DNA of 64,000 nt from Escherichia phage vB_EcoM_112, in the sequence record NC_024125.2; one strand, written 5' to 3'. Below, piece by piece: positions 1 to 13,821 of this stretch. Numbering within the stretch: the stretch's first letter is position 1; each line of letters starts with the position of its first letter. The translations under genes were made by a program, and so were the position numbers. The notes below the pieces were generated by a model, which ran no database searches, was not told where the DNA came from, and saw only the letters and a program-made list of their open reading frames with translations.

Positions 1-1725
<1,725 letters not shown>

Positions 1726-1753
1726 TATTAAAGCATATTAAAGAGGATTAAAA

Positions 1754-3733
1754 ATGACTTTATTATCTCCGGGCATTGAGCTCAAAGAAACTACGGTTCA
1801 AAGCACCGTGGTTAATAACTCTACTGGTACAGCAGCTTTGGCCGGTAAATTCCAGTGGGGTCCTGCTTTTCAGATTAAACAGGTTACAAATGAAGTAGAT
1901 TTAGTTAATACTTTTGGTCAACCAACCGCTGAAACTGCTGACTATTTTATGTCTGCGATGAATTTCTTGCAGTACGGAAATGACTTACGAGTAGTTCGTG
2001 CTGTTGATAGAGATACCGCTAAAAACTCATCACCAATTGCTGGTAATATTGAATACACAATTTCTACCCCAGGTAGTAACTATGCGGTTGGAGATAAAAT
2101 CACGGTCAAATATGTTTCAGATGATATTGAAACTGAAGGTAAAATTACTGAAGTAGACGCAGATGGAAAAATTAAGAAAATTAATATTCCTACTGCAAAA
2201 ATTATCGCTAAAGCTAAAGAAGTCGGTGAATATCCAGAATTAGGTTCTAACTGGACTGCGGAAATTTCTTCGTCTTCCTCTGGTTTAGCTGCAGTAATAA
2301 CTCTTGGAAAAATTATTACTGATTCTGGTATTTTATTAGCTGAAATTGAAAATGCTGAAGCTGCTATGACAGCGGTTGACTTTCAAGCAAATCTCGAAAA
2401 ATACGGAATTCCAGGAGTAGTAGCTCTTTATCCAGGCGAATTAGGCGATAAAATTGAAATTGAAATCGTATCTAAAGCTGACTATGCAAAAGGAGCTTCT
2501 GCATTACTCCCAATTTATCCGGGCGGTGGTACTCGCGCATCTACTGCTAAAGCAGTGTTTGGATATGGACCACAAACTGATTCACAGTACGCTATTATAG
2601 TTCGTCGTAATGATGCTATTGTTCAAAGCGTTGTTCTTTCGACTAAGCGTGGTGAAAAAGATATTTACGATAGTAACATCTATATCGATGACTTTTTCGC
2701 AAAAGGCGGCTCAGAATATATTTTTGCAACTGCACAAAACTGGCCAGAAGGCTTCTCTGGAATTTTAACTCTGTCTGGTGGATTATCATCAAATGCTGAA
2801 GTAACAGCAGGAGATTTGATGGAAGCTTGGGACTTCTTTGCTGACCGTGAATCTGTTGACGTTCAACTGTTTATTGCGGGTTCTTGTGCCGGTGAATCTT
2901 TAGAAACAGCATCTACTGTCCAAAAACACGTCGTTTCAATTGGGGATGCTCGCCAAGATTGCTTAGTATTGTGCTCACCGCCGCGTGAAACTGTAGTTGG
3001 AATTCCTGTAACTCGTGCTGTTGATAACTTAGTCAATTGGAGAACTGCAGCAGGTTCATACACTGATAATAACTTTAATATCAGTTCAACCTATGCAGCA
3101 ATTGATGGTAACTATAAGTATCAGTATGACAAATATAATGATGTGAATCGTTGGGTTCCATTAGCAGCTGATATTGCTGGTTTATGCGCAAGAACTGATA
3201 ACGTATCTCAGACTTGGATGTCTCCAGCTGGTTATAATCGTGGTCAGATTCTTAACGTTATTAAACTGGCTATTGAAACTCGCCAGGCTCAGCGCGACCG
3301 TTTATACCAAGAAGCTATCAACCCAGTAACTGGTACAGGTGGTGATGGTTACGTATTGTATGGTGATAAAACAGCTACTTCTGTTCCTTCTCCATTTGAT
3401 CGTATTAACGTTCGTCGTCTGTTTAATATGTTGAAAACGAATATCGGACGTAGTTCAAAATATCGTTTGTTCGAATTAAACAACGCGTTTACTCGTTCAT
3501 CATTCCGCACAGAAACTGCCCAGTACTTACAGGGAATTAAAGCTCTCGGTGGAATTTATGAATATCGTGTAGTTTGCGATACAACAAATAACACTCCGTC
3601 AGTAATTGATAGAAATGAGTTTGTTGCAACATTCTACATCCAACCGGCGCGCAGTATAAATTATATCCAACTTAATTTCGTCGCAACTGCTACTGGTGCA
3701 GATTTCGATGAGTTAACTGGTCTTGCAGGTTAA
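1754..3733 (+). CDS. 18: Tail sheath protein gp18
   Basis: 659-aa ORF, ATG start with AAGAGGA SD; N-terminus MTLLSPGIELKETTVQ as in T4 gp18. Confidence 0.95.
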   Translation: MTLLSPGIELKETTVQSTVVNNSTGTAALAGKFQWGPAFQIKQVTNEVDLVNTFGQPTAETADYFMSAMNFLQYGNDLRVVRAVDRDTAKNSSPIAGNIEYTISTPGSNYAVGDKITVKYVSDDIETEGKITEVDADGKIKKINIPTAKIIAKAKEVGEYPELGSNWTAEISSSSSGLAAVITLGKIITDSGILLAEIENAEAAMTAVDFQANLEKYGIPGVVALYPGELGDKIEIEIVSKADYAKGASALLPIYPGGGTRASTAKAVFGYGPQTDSQYAIIVRRNDAIVQSVVLSTKRGEKDIYDSNIYIDDFFAKGGSEYIFATAQNWPEGFSGILTLSGGLSSNAEVTAGDLMEAWDFFADRESVDVQLFIAGSCAGESLETASTVQKHVVSIGDARQDCLVLCSPPRETVVGIPVTRAVDNLVNWRTAAGSYTDNNFNISSTYAAIDGNYKYQYDKYNDVNRWVPLAADIAGLCARTDNVSQTWMSPAGYNRGQILNVIKLAIETRQAQRDRLYQEAINPVTGTGGDGYVLYGDKTATSVPSPFDRINVRRLFNMLKTNIGRSSKYRLFELNNAFTRSSFRTETAQYLQGIKALGGIYEYRVVCDTTNNTPSVIDRNEFVATFYIQPARSINYIQLNFVATATGADFDELTGLAG

Positions 3734-3749
3734 TACGGTGCATTCTAAA

Positions 3750-3767
3750 GGCCTGTTTCGGCAGGCC
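3750..3767 (+). terminator. Intercistronic hairpin with UUCG loop after gene 18
   Basis: GGCCUGU-UUCG-GCAGGCC stem-loop directly after gp18 stop; no strong U-run, so may be an RNA-stability element rather than a terminator. Confidence 0.4.
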
Positions 3768-3768
3768 A

Positions 3769-3776
3769 TATAAATA
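3769..3776 (+). promoter_or_regulatory. T4-type late promoter (TATAAATA), distal copy upstream of gene 19
   Basis: Exact TATAAATA immediately after the hairpin. Confidence 0.5.
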
Positions 3777-3827
3777 CACTATATCCTTAATTCTTTAATT
3801 CTATATGCCCTAGGTTAAACATAGGGA

Positions 3828-3835
3828 TATAAATA
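3828..3835 (+). promoter_or_regulatory. T4-type late promoter (TATAAATA), proximal copy upstream of gene 19
   Basis: Exact TATAAATA 15 nt upstream of gp19 ATG, followed by GAGG SD. Confidence 0.6.
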
Positions 3836-3849
3836 CTACAGAGGCTAAT

Positions 3850-4341
3850 ATGTTTGTAGATGATGTAACACGAGCGTTTGAATCTGGTGATTTTGCTCGA
3901 CCTAACTTATTCCAAGTAGAAATTTCCTATCTTGGACAAAATTTTACGTTTCAATGTAAAGCCACTGCTTTACCAGCTGGTATTGTAGAAAAAATTCCAG
4001 TCGGATTTATGAACCGTAAAATTAACGTAGCAGGCGATCGTACATTCGATGACTGGACTGTTACAGTAATGAACGATGAAGCTCATGATGCTCGCCAGAA
4101 GTTTGTTGATTGGCAAAGCATTGCTGCGGGACAAGGAAACGAAATTACTGGTGGAAAACCTGCAGAGTATAAAAAGAGCGCTATCGTTCGTCAATATGCT
4201 CGTGACGCTAAAACAGTAACAAAAGAAATTGAAATTAAAGGTCTGTGGCCTACTAACGTGGGTGAACTTCAATTAGATTGGGATTCAAACAATGAAATCC
4301 AAACATTTGAAGTAACTCTTGCTCTCGATTATTGGGAATAA
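3850..4341 (+). CDS. 19: Tail tube protein gp19
   Basis: 163-aa ORF; size, position and sequence match T4 gp19. Confidence 0.95.
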   Translation: MFVDDVTRAFESGDFARPNLFQVEISYLGQNFTFQCKATALPAGIVEKIPVGFMNRKINVAGDRTFDDWTVTVMNDEAHDARQKFVDWQSIAAGQGNEITGGKPAEYKKSAIVRQYARDAKTVTKEIEIKGLWPTNVGELQLDWDSNNEIQTFEVTLALDYWE

Positions 4342-4348
4342 AATGAAT

Positions 4349-4362
4349 GGGGAGAAATCCCC
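4349..4362 (+). terminator. Intercistronic hairpin with GAAA loop after gene 19
   Basis: GGGGA-GAAA-UCCCC stem-loop directly downstream of gp19 stop. Confidence 0.4.
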
Positions 4363-4373
4363 ATCCTGCTTAA

Positions 4374-5998
<1,625 letters not shown>

Positions 5999-5999
<1 letters not shown>

Positions 6000-6214
6000 T
6001 GGAAGGTTTAATTGAAGCTATTAAATCAAACGACCTCGTAGCCGCTCGTAAATTATTTGCTGAAGCCATGGCTGCAAGAACGATTGATTTAATTAAAGAA
6101 GAAAAAATCGCTATCGCTCGTAATTTCTTAATCGAAGGTGAAGAACCTGAAGACGAGGATGATGACGAAGACGAAGACTCTGATGAAGATGACGAAGACG
6201 AGGATGATGAATAA
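5999..6214 (+). CDS. 67: Prohead core protein gp67 (acidic C-terminal tail)
   Basis: 71-aa ORF, start overlaps gp20 stop (TAATG); poly-Asp/Glu tail; position between 20 and 68 as in T4. Confidence 0.85.
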
Positions 6215-6639
6215 TGCTTCTGATCCCTGAAACTCATGAATTAGTTCTCGAGAATGTCGAAGCACTTATTCCTGAAGCACAGGGTCGCTTTGACGAATTG
6301 TCTTCTGCTTTAAATAAAGACGATATAAATACAATTGTCGAGAATATGCTTGATGATGAAACTGATTTAGCGGTTGCATTAGCTTCTATTAATGAAAACA
6401 TGCCGTTAAATGAATTCATTGTTAAGCACGTTTCAGCTCGTGGTGAAATTACTCGCACTAAAGACCGCAAAACGCGTGAACGAAATGCATTTCAAACCAC
6501 TGGGCTGTCTAAAGCAAAACGTAGACAAATTGCTCGTAAAGCTACCAAAACGAAGATTGCCAATCCAGCAGGTCAATCTCGTGCTCAGCGTAAGCGTAAA
6601 AAAGCTCTTAAACGCCGTAAAGCATTAGGATTAAGCTAA
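6214..6639 (+). CDS. 68: Prohead core protein gp68
   Basis: 141-aa ORF, basic C-terminus; position and size match T4 gp68. Confidence 0.85.
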
Positions 6640-7277
6640 TGAATGAACCCCAATTACTAATTGAAACTTGGGGTCAACCTGGCGAAATTATTGATGGCGT
6701 ACCAATGCTTGAATCTCATGATGGAAAAGACTTAGGTTTAAAACCGGGTTTATACATCGAAGGAATATTCATGCAAGCGGAAGTCGTCAATAGAAATAAA
6801 CGTCTTTATCCAAAACGTATATTAGAAAAAGCGGTAAAAGACTATATTAATGAGCAAGTTTTAACTAAACAAGCTCTCGGAGAATTAAATCATCCTCCAC
6901 GCGCTAATGTTGACCCGATGCAAGCCGCTATCATTATAGAAGATATGTGGTGGAAAGGAAATGACGTATACGGACGAGCTCGTGTTATTGAAGGTGACCA
7001 TGGTCCTGGAGATAAATTAGCAGCTAATATTCGTGCCGGATGGATTCCAGGAGTTTCTTCTCGTGGATTAGGTTCATTGACTGACACAAATAAAGGTTAT
7101 CGTATCGTAAACGAAGGATTCAAATTAACTGTAGGTGTTGATGCAGTATGGGGTCCAAGTGCTCCAGATGCATGGGTAACTCCTAAGGAAATTACCGAAT
7201 CACAGACGGCGGAAGCCGATACAAGTGCCGATGACGCCTATATGGCTCTCGCAGAGGCCATGAAAAAAGCGTTATAA
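6639..7277 (+). CDS. 21: Prohead core protease gp21
   Basis: 212-aa ORF; matches T4 gp21 in size and sequence. Confidence 0.93.
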   Translation: MNEPQLLIETWGQPGEIIDGVPMLESHDGKDLGLKPGLYIEGIFMQAEVVNRNKRLYPKRILEKAVKDYINEQVLTKQALGELNHPPRANVDPMQAAIIIEDMWWKGNDVYGRARVIEGDHGPGDKLAANIRAGWIPGVSSRGLGSLTDTNKGYRIVNEGFKLTVGVDAVWGPSAPDAWVTPKEITESQTAEADTSADDAYMALAEAMKKAL

Positions 7278-7280
7278 ATA
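7273..7280 (+). promoter_or_regulatory. T4-type late promoter (TATAAATA) upstream of gene 22
   Basis: Exact TATAAATA overlapping gp21 stop, 28 nt upstream of gp22 ATG. Confidence 0.6.
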
Positions 7281-7307
7281 TTATTATCTAAACAACAGGA
7301 CTACAAA

Positions 7308-8117
7308 ATGCTTAAAGAACAACTGATTGCCGAAGCGCAGAAAATTGATGCTTCCGTTGCTCTTGATAGTATTTTCGAATCAGTTAATATTTCTCCGGAA
7401 GCAAAAGAAACTTTCGGCACTGTATTCGAAGCTACCGTCAAGCAGCACGCCGTTAAATTAGCTGAATCTCATATCGCTAAAATTGCTGAAAAAGCAGAAG
7501 AAGAAGTAGAAAAAAATAAAGAAGAAGCCGAAGAAAAAGCTGAGAAGAAAATCGCTGAGCAAGCTTCTAAATTCATTGACCATCTTGCGAAAGAATGGCT
7601 CGCTGAAAATAAATTAGCAGTTGATAAAGGTATTAAAGCCGAACTGTTTGAATCCATGCTTGGTGGATTAAAAGAGCTCTTTGTTGAACACAACGTTGTT
7701 GTTCCAGAAGAATCAGTTGATGTTGTAGCTGAAATGGAAGAAGAGCTGCAAGAACATAAAGAAGAATCAGCTCGTCTGTTCGAAGAACTCAATAAGCGTG
7801 ACGCATATATCAATTATGTGCAGCGTGAAGTGGCATTGAGCGAAAGTACTAAAGATCTGACTGAGTCTCAAAAAGAAAAAGTCTCTGCTCTGGTCGAAGG
7901 TATGGATTATTCAGATGCATTCTCAAGTAAATTGAGTGCAATCGTAGAAATGGTGAAGAAATCTAATAAAGATGAAAGCACTATTACTGAGAGTATAAAT
8001 ACTCCTGATACTGAAGCAGCCGGACTGAATTTCGTCACTGAAGCTGTAGAAGATAAAGCTGCACAAGGTGCAGAAGATATTGTAAGTGTATATGCGAAAG
8101 TCGCATCTCGTTTCTAA
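7308..8117 (+). CDS. 22: Prohead scaffolding core protein gp22
   Basis: 269-aa acidic, coiled-coil-rich ORF; size and position as T4 gp22. Confidence 0.93.
   Translation: MLKEQLIAEAQKIDASVALDSIFESVNISPEAKETFGTVFEATVKQHAVKLAESHIAKIAEKAEEEVEKNKEEAEEKAEKKIAEQASKFIDHLAKEWLAENKLAVDKGIKAELFESMLGGLKELFVEHNVVVPEESVDVVAEMEEELQEHKEESARLFEELNKRDAYINYVQREVALSESTKDLTESQKEKVSALVEGMDYSDAFSSKLSAIVEMVKKSNKDESTITESINTPDTEAAGLNFVTEAVEDKAAQGAEDIVSVYAKVASRF
7994..8001 (+). promoter_or_regulatory. T4-type late promoter (TATAAATA) inside 3' end of gene 22, serving gene 23
   Basis: Exact TATAAATA about 135 nt upstream of gp23 ATG, within gp22 coding sequence. Confidence 0.55.
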
Positions 8118-8135
8118 TTTTAAAGGTTAACACAA

Positions 8136-9701
8136 ATGACTATCAAAACTAAAGCTGAACTTTTGAACAAATGGAAGCCATTACTGGAAGGTGAAGGTTT
8201 ACCGGAAATTGCTAATAGCAAACAAGCGATTATCGCTAAAATCTTTGAAAACCAGGAAAAAGATTTCCAGACAGCTCCGGAATATAAAGACGAAAAAATT
8301 GCTCAGGCATTTGGTTCTTTCTTAACAGAAGCTGAAATCGGCGGTGACCATGGTTACAATGCTACTAACATCGCTGCAGGTCAGACTTCTGGCGCAGTAA
8401 CCCAGATTGGCCCAGCTGTTATGGGTATGGTACGTCGTGCTATTCCTAACCTGATTGCTTTCGATATTTGTGGTGTTCAGCCGATGAACAGCCCGACTGG
8501 CCAGGTATTCGCACTGCGCGCAGTATATGGTAAAGACCCAATCGCTTCCGGCGCTAAAGAAGCATTCCACCCAATGTATGGTCCAGATGCAATGTTCTCT
8601 GGTCAGGGTGCTGCTAAGAAATTCCCAGCTCTGGCTGCTAGCACACAAACCACAGTAGGTGATATCTATACTCACTTCTTCCAGGAAACTGGTACTGTAT
8701 ATCTGCAAGCTTCTGCTCAAGTAACAATTAGTTCAAGTGCCGATGATGCAGCTAAATTAGATGCTGAAATTAAGAAACAAATGGAAGCTGGTGCACTGGT
8801 AGAAATCGCTGAAGGTATGGCTACTTCTATCGCTGAACTTCAGGAAGGTTTCAATGGTTCTACCGATAACCCATGGAATGAAATGGGCTTCCGTATCGAT
8901 AAGCAAGTTATCGAAGCTAAATCTCGTCAGCTGAAAGCTGCTTACTCTATTGAATTAGCACAAGACCTCCGCGCTGTTCACGGTATGGATGCTGATGCTG
9001 AACTGTCTGGCATTCTGGCTACAGAAATTATGCTGGAAATCAACCGTGAAGTTGTTGATTGGATTAACTACTCCGCACAGGTTGGTAAATCTGGTATGAC
9101 CCTGACTCCGGGTTCTAAAGCTGGTGTATTTGACTTCCAGGATCCGATTGATATTCGTGGTGCTCGCTGGGCAGGTGAATCCTTTAAAGCTCTGTTGTTC
9201 CAGATTGACAAAGAAGCAGTTGAAATTGCTCGTCAGACTGGTCGCGGCGAAGGTAACTTCATTATCGCTTCCCGTAACGTAGTTAACGTTCTGGCTTCAG
9301 TTGATACAGGCATTTCTTATGCTGCACAGGGTCTGGCTACTGGCTTTAACACTGATACTACCAAGTCAGTATTTGCTGGTGTTCTGGGTGGTAAATACCG
9401 CGTATATATCGACCAGTATGCTAAACAGGATTATTTCACTGTAGGTTATAAAGGTCCGAACGAAATGGATGCTGGTATTTACTATGCTCCATATGTAGCT
9501 CTGACTCCGCTGCGTGGTTCCGATCCGAAGAACTTCCAACCGGTAATGGGATTCAAAACTCGTTACGGTATCGGTATCAACCCATTTGCAGAATCCGCTG
9601 CTCAGGCTCCGGCTTCTCGCATCCAGAGCGGTATGCCTTCTATTCTGAATAGCCTTGGTAAAAACGCTTACTTCCGCCGTGTATATGTTAAAGGTATCTA
9701 A
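8136..9701 (+). CDS. 23: Major capsid protein gp23
   Basis: 521-aa ORF (MTIKTKAELLNKWKPLLEGEG...); matches T4 gp23. Confidence 0.96.
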   Translation: MTIKTKAELLNKWKPLLEGEGLPEIANSKQAIIAKIFENQEKDFQTAPEYKDEKIAQAFGSFLTEAEIGGDHGYNATNIAAGQTSGAVTQIGPAVMGMVRRAIPNLIAFDICGVQPMNSPTGQVFALRAVYGKDPIASGAKEAFHPMYGPDAMFSGQGAAKKFPALAASTQTTVGDIYTHFFQETGTVYLQASAQVTISSSADDAAKLDAEIKKQMEAGALVEIAEGMATSIAELQEGFNGSTDNPWNEMGFRIDKQVIEAKSRQLKAAYSIELAQDLRAVHGMDADAELSGILATEIMLEINREVVDWINYSAQVGKSGMTLTPGSKAGVFDFQDPIDIRGARWAGESFKALLFQIDKEAVEIARQTGRGEGNFIIASRNVVNVLASVDTGISYAAQGLATGFNTDTTKSVFAGVLGGKYRVYIDQYAKQDYFTVGYKGPNEMDAGIYYAPYVALTPLRGSDPKNFQPVMGFKTRYGIGINPFAESAAQAPASRIQSGMPSILNSLGKNAYFRRVYVKGI

Positions 9702-9716
9702 TCTTTGACGATTTAA

Positions 9717-9745
9717 GGGACCTTCGGGTCCCTTTAGTTGTTTTT
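9717..9745 (+). terminator. Rho-independent terminator after gene 23 (UUCG hairpin plus U-run)
   Basis: GGGACC-UUCG-GGUCCC stem-loop followed by UUUAGUUGUUUUU. Confidence 0.6.
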
Positions 9746-9749
9746 ATGG

Positions 9750-9757
9750 TATAAATA
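9750..9757 (+). promoter_or_regulatory. T4-type late promoter (TATAAATA) upstream of gene 24
   Basis: Exact TATAAATA about 28 nt upstream of gp24 ATG, followed by AGGAAAG SD. Confidence 0.6.
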
Positions 9758-9784
9758 AATCATATAAACTGAAAGGAAAGCGCA

Positions 9785-11068
9785 ATGGCTAAAATCAACG
9801 AACTTCTGCGCGAATCAACCACAACGAATAGCAACTCAATCGGTCGCCCAAATCTCGTTGCTTTGACTCGCGCTACCACTAAATTAATATATTCTGACAT
9901 TGTAGCAACGCAAAGAACTAATCAACCTGTTGCTGCTTTTTATGGTATCAAATACCTTAACCCAGACAATGAATTTACATTTAAAACTGGTGCTACTTAT
10001 GCTGGCGAAGCTGGATATGTAGACCGAGAACAAATCACAGAATTAACAGAAGAGTCTAAATTAACTCTCAATAAGGGCGATTTATTCAAATATAATAATA
10101 TCGTTTATAAAGTATTAGAAGATACACCATTTGCTGATATTGAAGAAAGCGACTTAGAGTTAGCTCTTCAGATTGCAATTGTTCTTTTAAAGGTTCGTCT
10201 ATTTTCTGACGCAGCGTCAACAAGCAAATTTGAAAGCTCTGATAGTGAAATCGCGGATGCTAGATTCCAGATTAATAAATGGCAAACCGCAGTTAAATCT
10301 CGCAAACTTAAAACTGGCATCACAGTTGAATTAGCACAAGATTTAGAAGCAAATGGATTCGATGCTCCTAATTTCTTGGAAGATTTGCTTGCAACTGAAA
10401 TGGCAGATGAAATCAATAAAGACATTCTGCAGTCTTTGATTACAGTGTCAAAACGCTATAAAGTTACAGGAATTACTGATAGTGGATTCATCGATTTGAG
10501 TTATGCATCTGCTCCTGAAGCTGGTCGTTCATTATACCGAATGGTATGTGAAATGGTTTCGCATATCCAAAAAGAATCAACTTATACAGCAACGTTCTGT
10601 GTTGCTTCAGCTCGTGCCGCTGCGATTCTTGCTGCATCAGGTTGGTTAAAACATAAACCAGAAGATGATAAATATCTTTCACAAAATGCCTATGGGTTCT
10701 TAGCTAATGGTTTACCGCTTTATTGCGATACTAACAGCCCATTAGATTATGTAATCGTTGGCGTAGTAGAAAATATCGGTGAAAAAGAAATTGTTGGATC
10801 AATTTTCTATGCTCCGTATACAGAAGGTCTCGACTTAGATGACCCTGAACATGTAGGTGCATTTAAAGTTGTTGTTGATCCAGAAAGCTTGCAACCGTCT
10901 ATCGGTTTATTAGTTAGATATGCTTTATCTGCAAATCCTTATACCGTAGCAAAAGATGAAAAAGAAGCAAGAGTAATTGATGGTGGAGACATGGATAAAA
11001 TGGCGGGCCGTTCAGATTTGTCTGTTTTATTAGGTGTTAAGCTACCAAAAATTATCATTGATGAATAA
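9785..11068 (+). CDS. 24: Capsid vertex protein gp24
   Basis: 427-aa ORF, paralogous to gp23 fold; size and position as T4 gp24. Confidence 0.93.
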   Translation: MAKINELLRESTTTNSNSIGRPNLVALTRATTKLIYSDIVATQRTNQPVAAFYGIKYLNPDNEFTFKTGATYAGEAGYVDREQITELTEESKLTLNKGDLFKYNNIVYKVLEDTPFADIEESDLELALQIAIVLLKVRLFSDAASTSKFESSDSEIADARFQINKWQTAVKSRKLKTGITVELAQDLEANGFDAPNFLEDLLATEMADEINKDILQSLITVSKRYKVTGITDSGFIDLSYASAPEAGRSLYRMVCEMVSHIQKESTYTATFCVASARAAAILAASGWLKHKPEDDKYLSQNAYGFLANGLPLYCDTNSPLDYVIVGVVENIGEKEIVGSIFYAPYTEGLDLDDPEHVGAFKVVVDPESLQPSIGLLVRYALSANPYTVAKDEKEARVIDGGDMDKMAGRSDLSVLLGVKLPKIIIDE

Positions 11069-11073
11069 AACAA

Positions 11074-11097
11074 AGGGACCGAAAGGTCCCTTTTTAT
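11074..11097. terminator. Bidirectional terminator between convergent genes 24 and rnlB
   Basis: AGGGACC-GAAA-GGUCCCU stem-loop flanked by A-run and U-run. Confidence 0.6.
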
Positions 11098-12102
11098 TTA
11101 GCTCACCAACTCAATCCAAGCTGGACGAAGTACATCTTGTACCATTTTAACTAATTCCTTTTTAATCAAAGAAGGATTATCTGCTTGAGTTAGAGTAATA
11201 CCTTCACGAGAAGTTTCTTCCAAAATATCTTGAACAGTTAGCCCCATCACCTTTCCAAAATCTTTAGGACCAATTTCGCCAATTTTAGAAATAACGTTAT
11301 TTACTCGGTTCAGTGTAACGTAACAAGCTAAAATTCCCACCAATTTGTTATTGGCTTCTGATAGCTCAACTTTAGCTTTAATAGGCTTATCAGACTTTTT
11401 CTTTTCACTAAATTTAGAATTCTTGCATTTGATAGCGACACGATTTCCATTACGAAGCCAAGAAGGATAACAAGGTTTCAATACATATCCTTCAGCGGTA
11501 AATACTTCGCCTTTTGCTTCGGCATTCCAGACGCATTTATTTGCATCAACTAATCCAGCATGGTCTACTGTAAAATTATAATCTTGGACGACAGAATCTA
11601 AATCATTTGGCAATTTAATAAGCTCTTCAAATTTACCGCGACCTAAAAGTGGAGCCATTTTAAATTTAAATGTATTGCAGAATGATTCCATCATATAATC
11701 GTCGACATAAGTCACATCACCACTTTCTGTAGTGACAATAATGTCAAATACATAAAAATCTTTATCGCCATAATCGACATTCTTCTGAATGCCAGGTCCA
11801 GCGAATTCGCCAAAGACTTGATAAGATACAACTGCTGAAGTTTCCATAATATCTTGTACTGCTTTAATGGAATCAGCGTAATTCTTTAAAATAATTTCAT
11901 ACCCAAAGAAATCTTCAGCAGGAAGAATTGGTCCAGTACGTTTAGCGCAAGTTACTTTATCACGCTCAATAATCAATGAGAAATTTGTACCATGAATCTT
12001 TTCACGAGCTACCCATTCGCCGCCAGTCAATCCCAAGCTATAAAGTTTTTCAATAAATTTAGAGTTGTAATGATTTTCAAGACTGCTATACTTTTTAAAC
12101 AT
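11098..12102 (-). CDS. rnlB: RNA ligase 2 (RnlB)
   Basis: 334-aa ORF; nucleotidyltransferase motif KIHGTN (lysine adenylation site); size as T4 Rnl2. Confidence 0.92.
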   Translation of the reverse strand: MFKKYSSLENHYNSKFIEKLYSLGLTGGEWVAREKIHGTNFSLIIERDKVTCAKRTGPILPAEDFFGYEIILKNYADSIKAVQDIMETSAVVSYQVFGEFAGPGIQKNVDYGDKDFYVFDIIVTTESGDVTYVDDYMMESFCNTFKFKMAPLLGRGKFEELIKLPNDLDSVVQDYNFTVDHAGLVDANKCVWNAEAKGEVFTAEGYVLKPCYPSWLRNGNRVAIKCKNSKFSEKKKSDKPIKAKVELSEANNKLVGILACYVTLNRVNNVISKIGEIGPKDFGKVMGLTVQDILEETSREGITLTQADNPSLIKKELVKMVQDVLRPAWIELVS

Positions 12103-12111
12103 AATTAATCC

Positions 12112-12390
12112 TCAAAATGTAATTTCTAACCAATCACCATCACGCTGATCACTATTAACTTTAAAGCTGAATCCTTCTTTTCTCAGCCAATCACCAATTT
12201 CTTCAGTAATCAATTTATCACGAGCAATACAATAATAATTAAAATGTGTTTTACCTTGTTCAGCTGCTTTATTAGCAAGTTCTGAAAAATCTTTAATAAA
12301 ACACTCTAGCTTAAACTGTTTACTTTTAAGTGCTTTTTCGCGTAATTGATTAGCAAAAGATTCATTTTCATAAAGATCATACTGTTCCAT
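12112..12390 (-). CDS. Hypothetical protein (T4 24.2/24.3-region ORF)
   Basis: 92-aa ORF with ATG start, in the rnlB-hoc interval. Confidence 0.6.
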   Translation of the reverse strand: MEQYDLYENESFANQLREKALKSKQFKLECFIKDFSELANKAAEQGKTHFNYYCIARDKLITEEIGDWLRKEGFSFKVNSDQRDGDWLEITF

Positions 12391-12592
12391 TTTTCACCTT
12401 TTTATTAATATGTCTTTTTCTATAGACAACTTTTTCTCGAGTCTCAAATTTATTCTTAGCAGTCATAGCTCGAGCCCATAATACAGCCACTTCTTTCGCC
12501 TGTAAGTTCAATTCACGAGCAATTTCAATGAATGACTTTCCAGACTCATGGAGTGTAAACACCACAACCTCAGTTCTCATAATCAATCTCAT
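12377..12592 (-). CDS. Hypothetical small basic protein, possible helix-turn-helix
   Basis: 71-aa ORF; SGKSFIEIARELNLQAKEVAVLWARA resembles an HTH segment; an alternative internal ATG exists 4 codons in. Confidence 0.5.
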   Translation of the reverse strand: MRLIMRTEVVVFTLHESGKSFIEIARELNLQAKEVAVLWARAMTAKNKFETREKVVYRKRHINKKVKNGTV

Positions 12593-12649
12593 GTTATCGA
12601 GTTGGTGCCATTATATACATCATTTTCTGATTGTGTTTTGTGTGCTTTC

Positions 12650-12675
12650 AAAATGAAGAAAGGGGCCGAAGCCCC
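12650..12675 (-). terminator. Rho-independent terminator after hoc
   Basis: On the minus strand GGGGC-UUCG-GCCCC hairpin followed by UUUCUUCAUUUU. Confidence 0.55.
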
Positions 12676-12681
12676 TTATGA

Positions 12682-13812
12682 TTATGGATAGGTATAGATG
12701 ATACCAGTTTCTAAAGCAGTTTTATGAATGATGTATCCATTACGCGATTCTTGGACATCAACTTCTGGATAATCTTTCATCATCTTCTGAAGAGTGTAAC
12801 GATGCAGGTAGTATTTACTATCTGGATCTTCAGTTTTCCAATCTTTACCTTCTTCAGTCATTTTTTGGATTTCATCCATAACCCACCAACCGCACCAGAT
12901 GTAAGCTGAAGTACGATGTGGAAGAGGATGAACATAAGGTAATTCACCTTCTGGTTCCGGAGCAACTTTATCAGTTACCTGAACTTGACCTTCTGCCGTA
13001 ATAGTTTTGCTATCATAATCAGCAGCAGTAACAGTTGCAGTAACTTCAATAGTTTGACTTCCAATAGATGAGGTATCAACGGTATATACATTAGTTGACC
13101 CTTCTACAGGAGAAGAATCTTTCTTCCATGAATAAGCAATTTGCGCTTCTTCTGGAGCATTAGTGACATTAGCGGTAAATGTAGCCGAAGCATCTTGCTG
13201 CACGTTAATAGAAGGAGGAGTCAATGTAACCTGTGGATTCATTGTCTTCTTATTAACCGTTAATGACACTTCATTAGAAGTAACTTCCTTTGCATCATAA
13301 TCTGTCGCGGTTACTTGAGCCACACACTTAATTCTTTTTACCCCGCTTTCGGCAGGAGTATAATTGAATGTAGCAGAAGTTGCTTCGCCCACAGGAGAAC
13401 CGTCAACGTACCATTGATACGTAGCAGATGCACCTGATGGCTGTGAAGCTAAGGCAGCGGTAAATTCAACAGCTGTTCCGATTACTCCTTCCGGAGGACT
13501 ATTAGGAGTTACAGCTAAGGTAGTCGTTTGTGTCTTATTTTGAACTGTGATAGTTGTAGTAGCTTCTGCTGTTTCAGCTTCAGCTTCTGGAACTGTATTT
13601 GTTGCAACTACTTTAATAGTCTTTTGTCCAGCAGGTCCTTTTAATACATAATCAAAAGTTGCTTCAGCTCCATCTTGTGGAGCATCATCTACAGTCCAAG
13701 CATAGGTAATAGTTCCACTTCCAGTTTCACCACTGGGTGTAGCAGTAAACTGCTGAGTCTGATCTATAACTCCAGTAGGTGTTTTAGGAGTTATATCAAC
13801 TGTAAAAGCCAT
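12682..13812 (-). CDS. hoc: Highly immunogenic outer capsid protein Hoc
   Basis: 376-aa ORF with repeated Ig-like segments and T/S/A-rich composition; size and position as T4 Hoc. Confidence 0.9.
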   Translation of the reverse strand: MAFTVDITPKTPTGVIDQTQQFTATPSGETGSGTITYAWTVDDAPQDGAEATFDYVLKGPAGQKTIKVVATNTVPEAEAETAEATTTITVQNKTQTTTLAVTPNSPPEGVIGTAVEFTAALASQPSGASATYQWYVDGSPVGEATSATFNYTPAESGVKRIKCVAQVTATDYDAKEVTSNEVSLTVNKKTMNPQVTLTPPSINVQQDASATFTANVTNAPEEAQIAYSWKKDSSPVEGSTNVYTVDTSSIGSQTIEVTATVTAADYDSKTITAEGQVQVTDKVAPEPEGELPYVHPLPHRTSAYIWCGWWVMDEIQKMTEEGKDWKTEDPDSKYYLHRYTLQKMMKDYPEVDVQESRNGYIIHKTALETGIIYTYP

Positions 13813-13821
13813 AAGTTATCC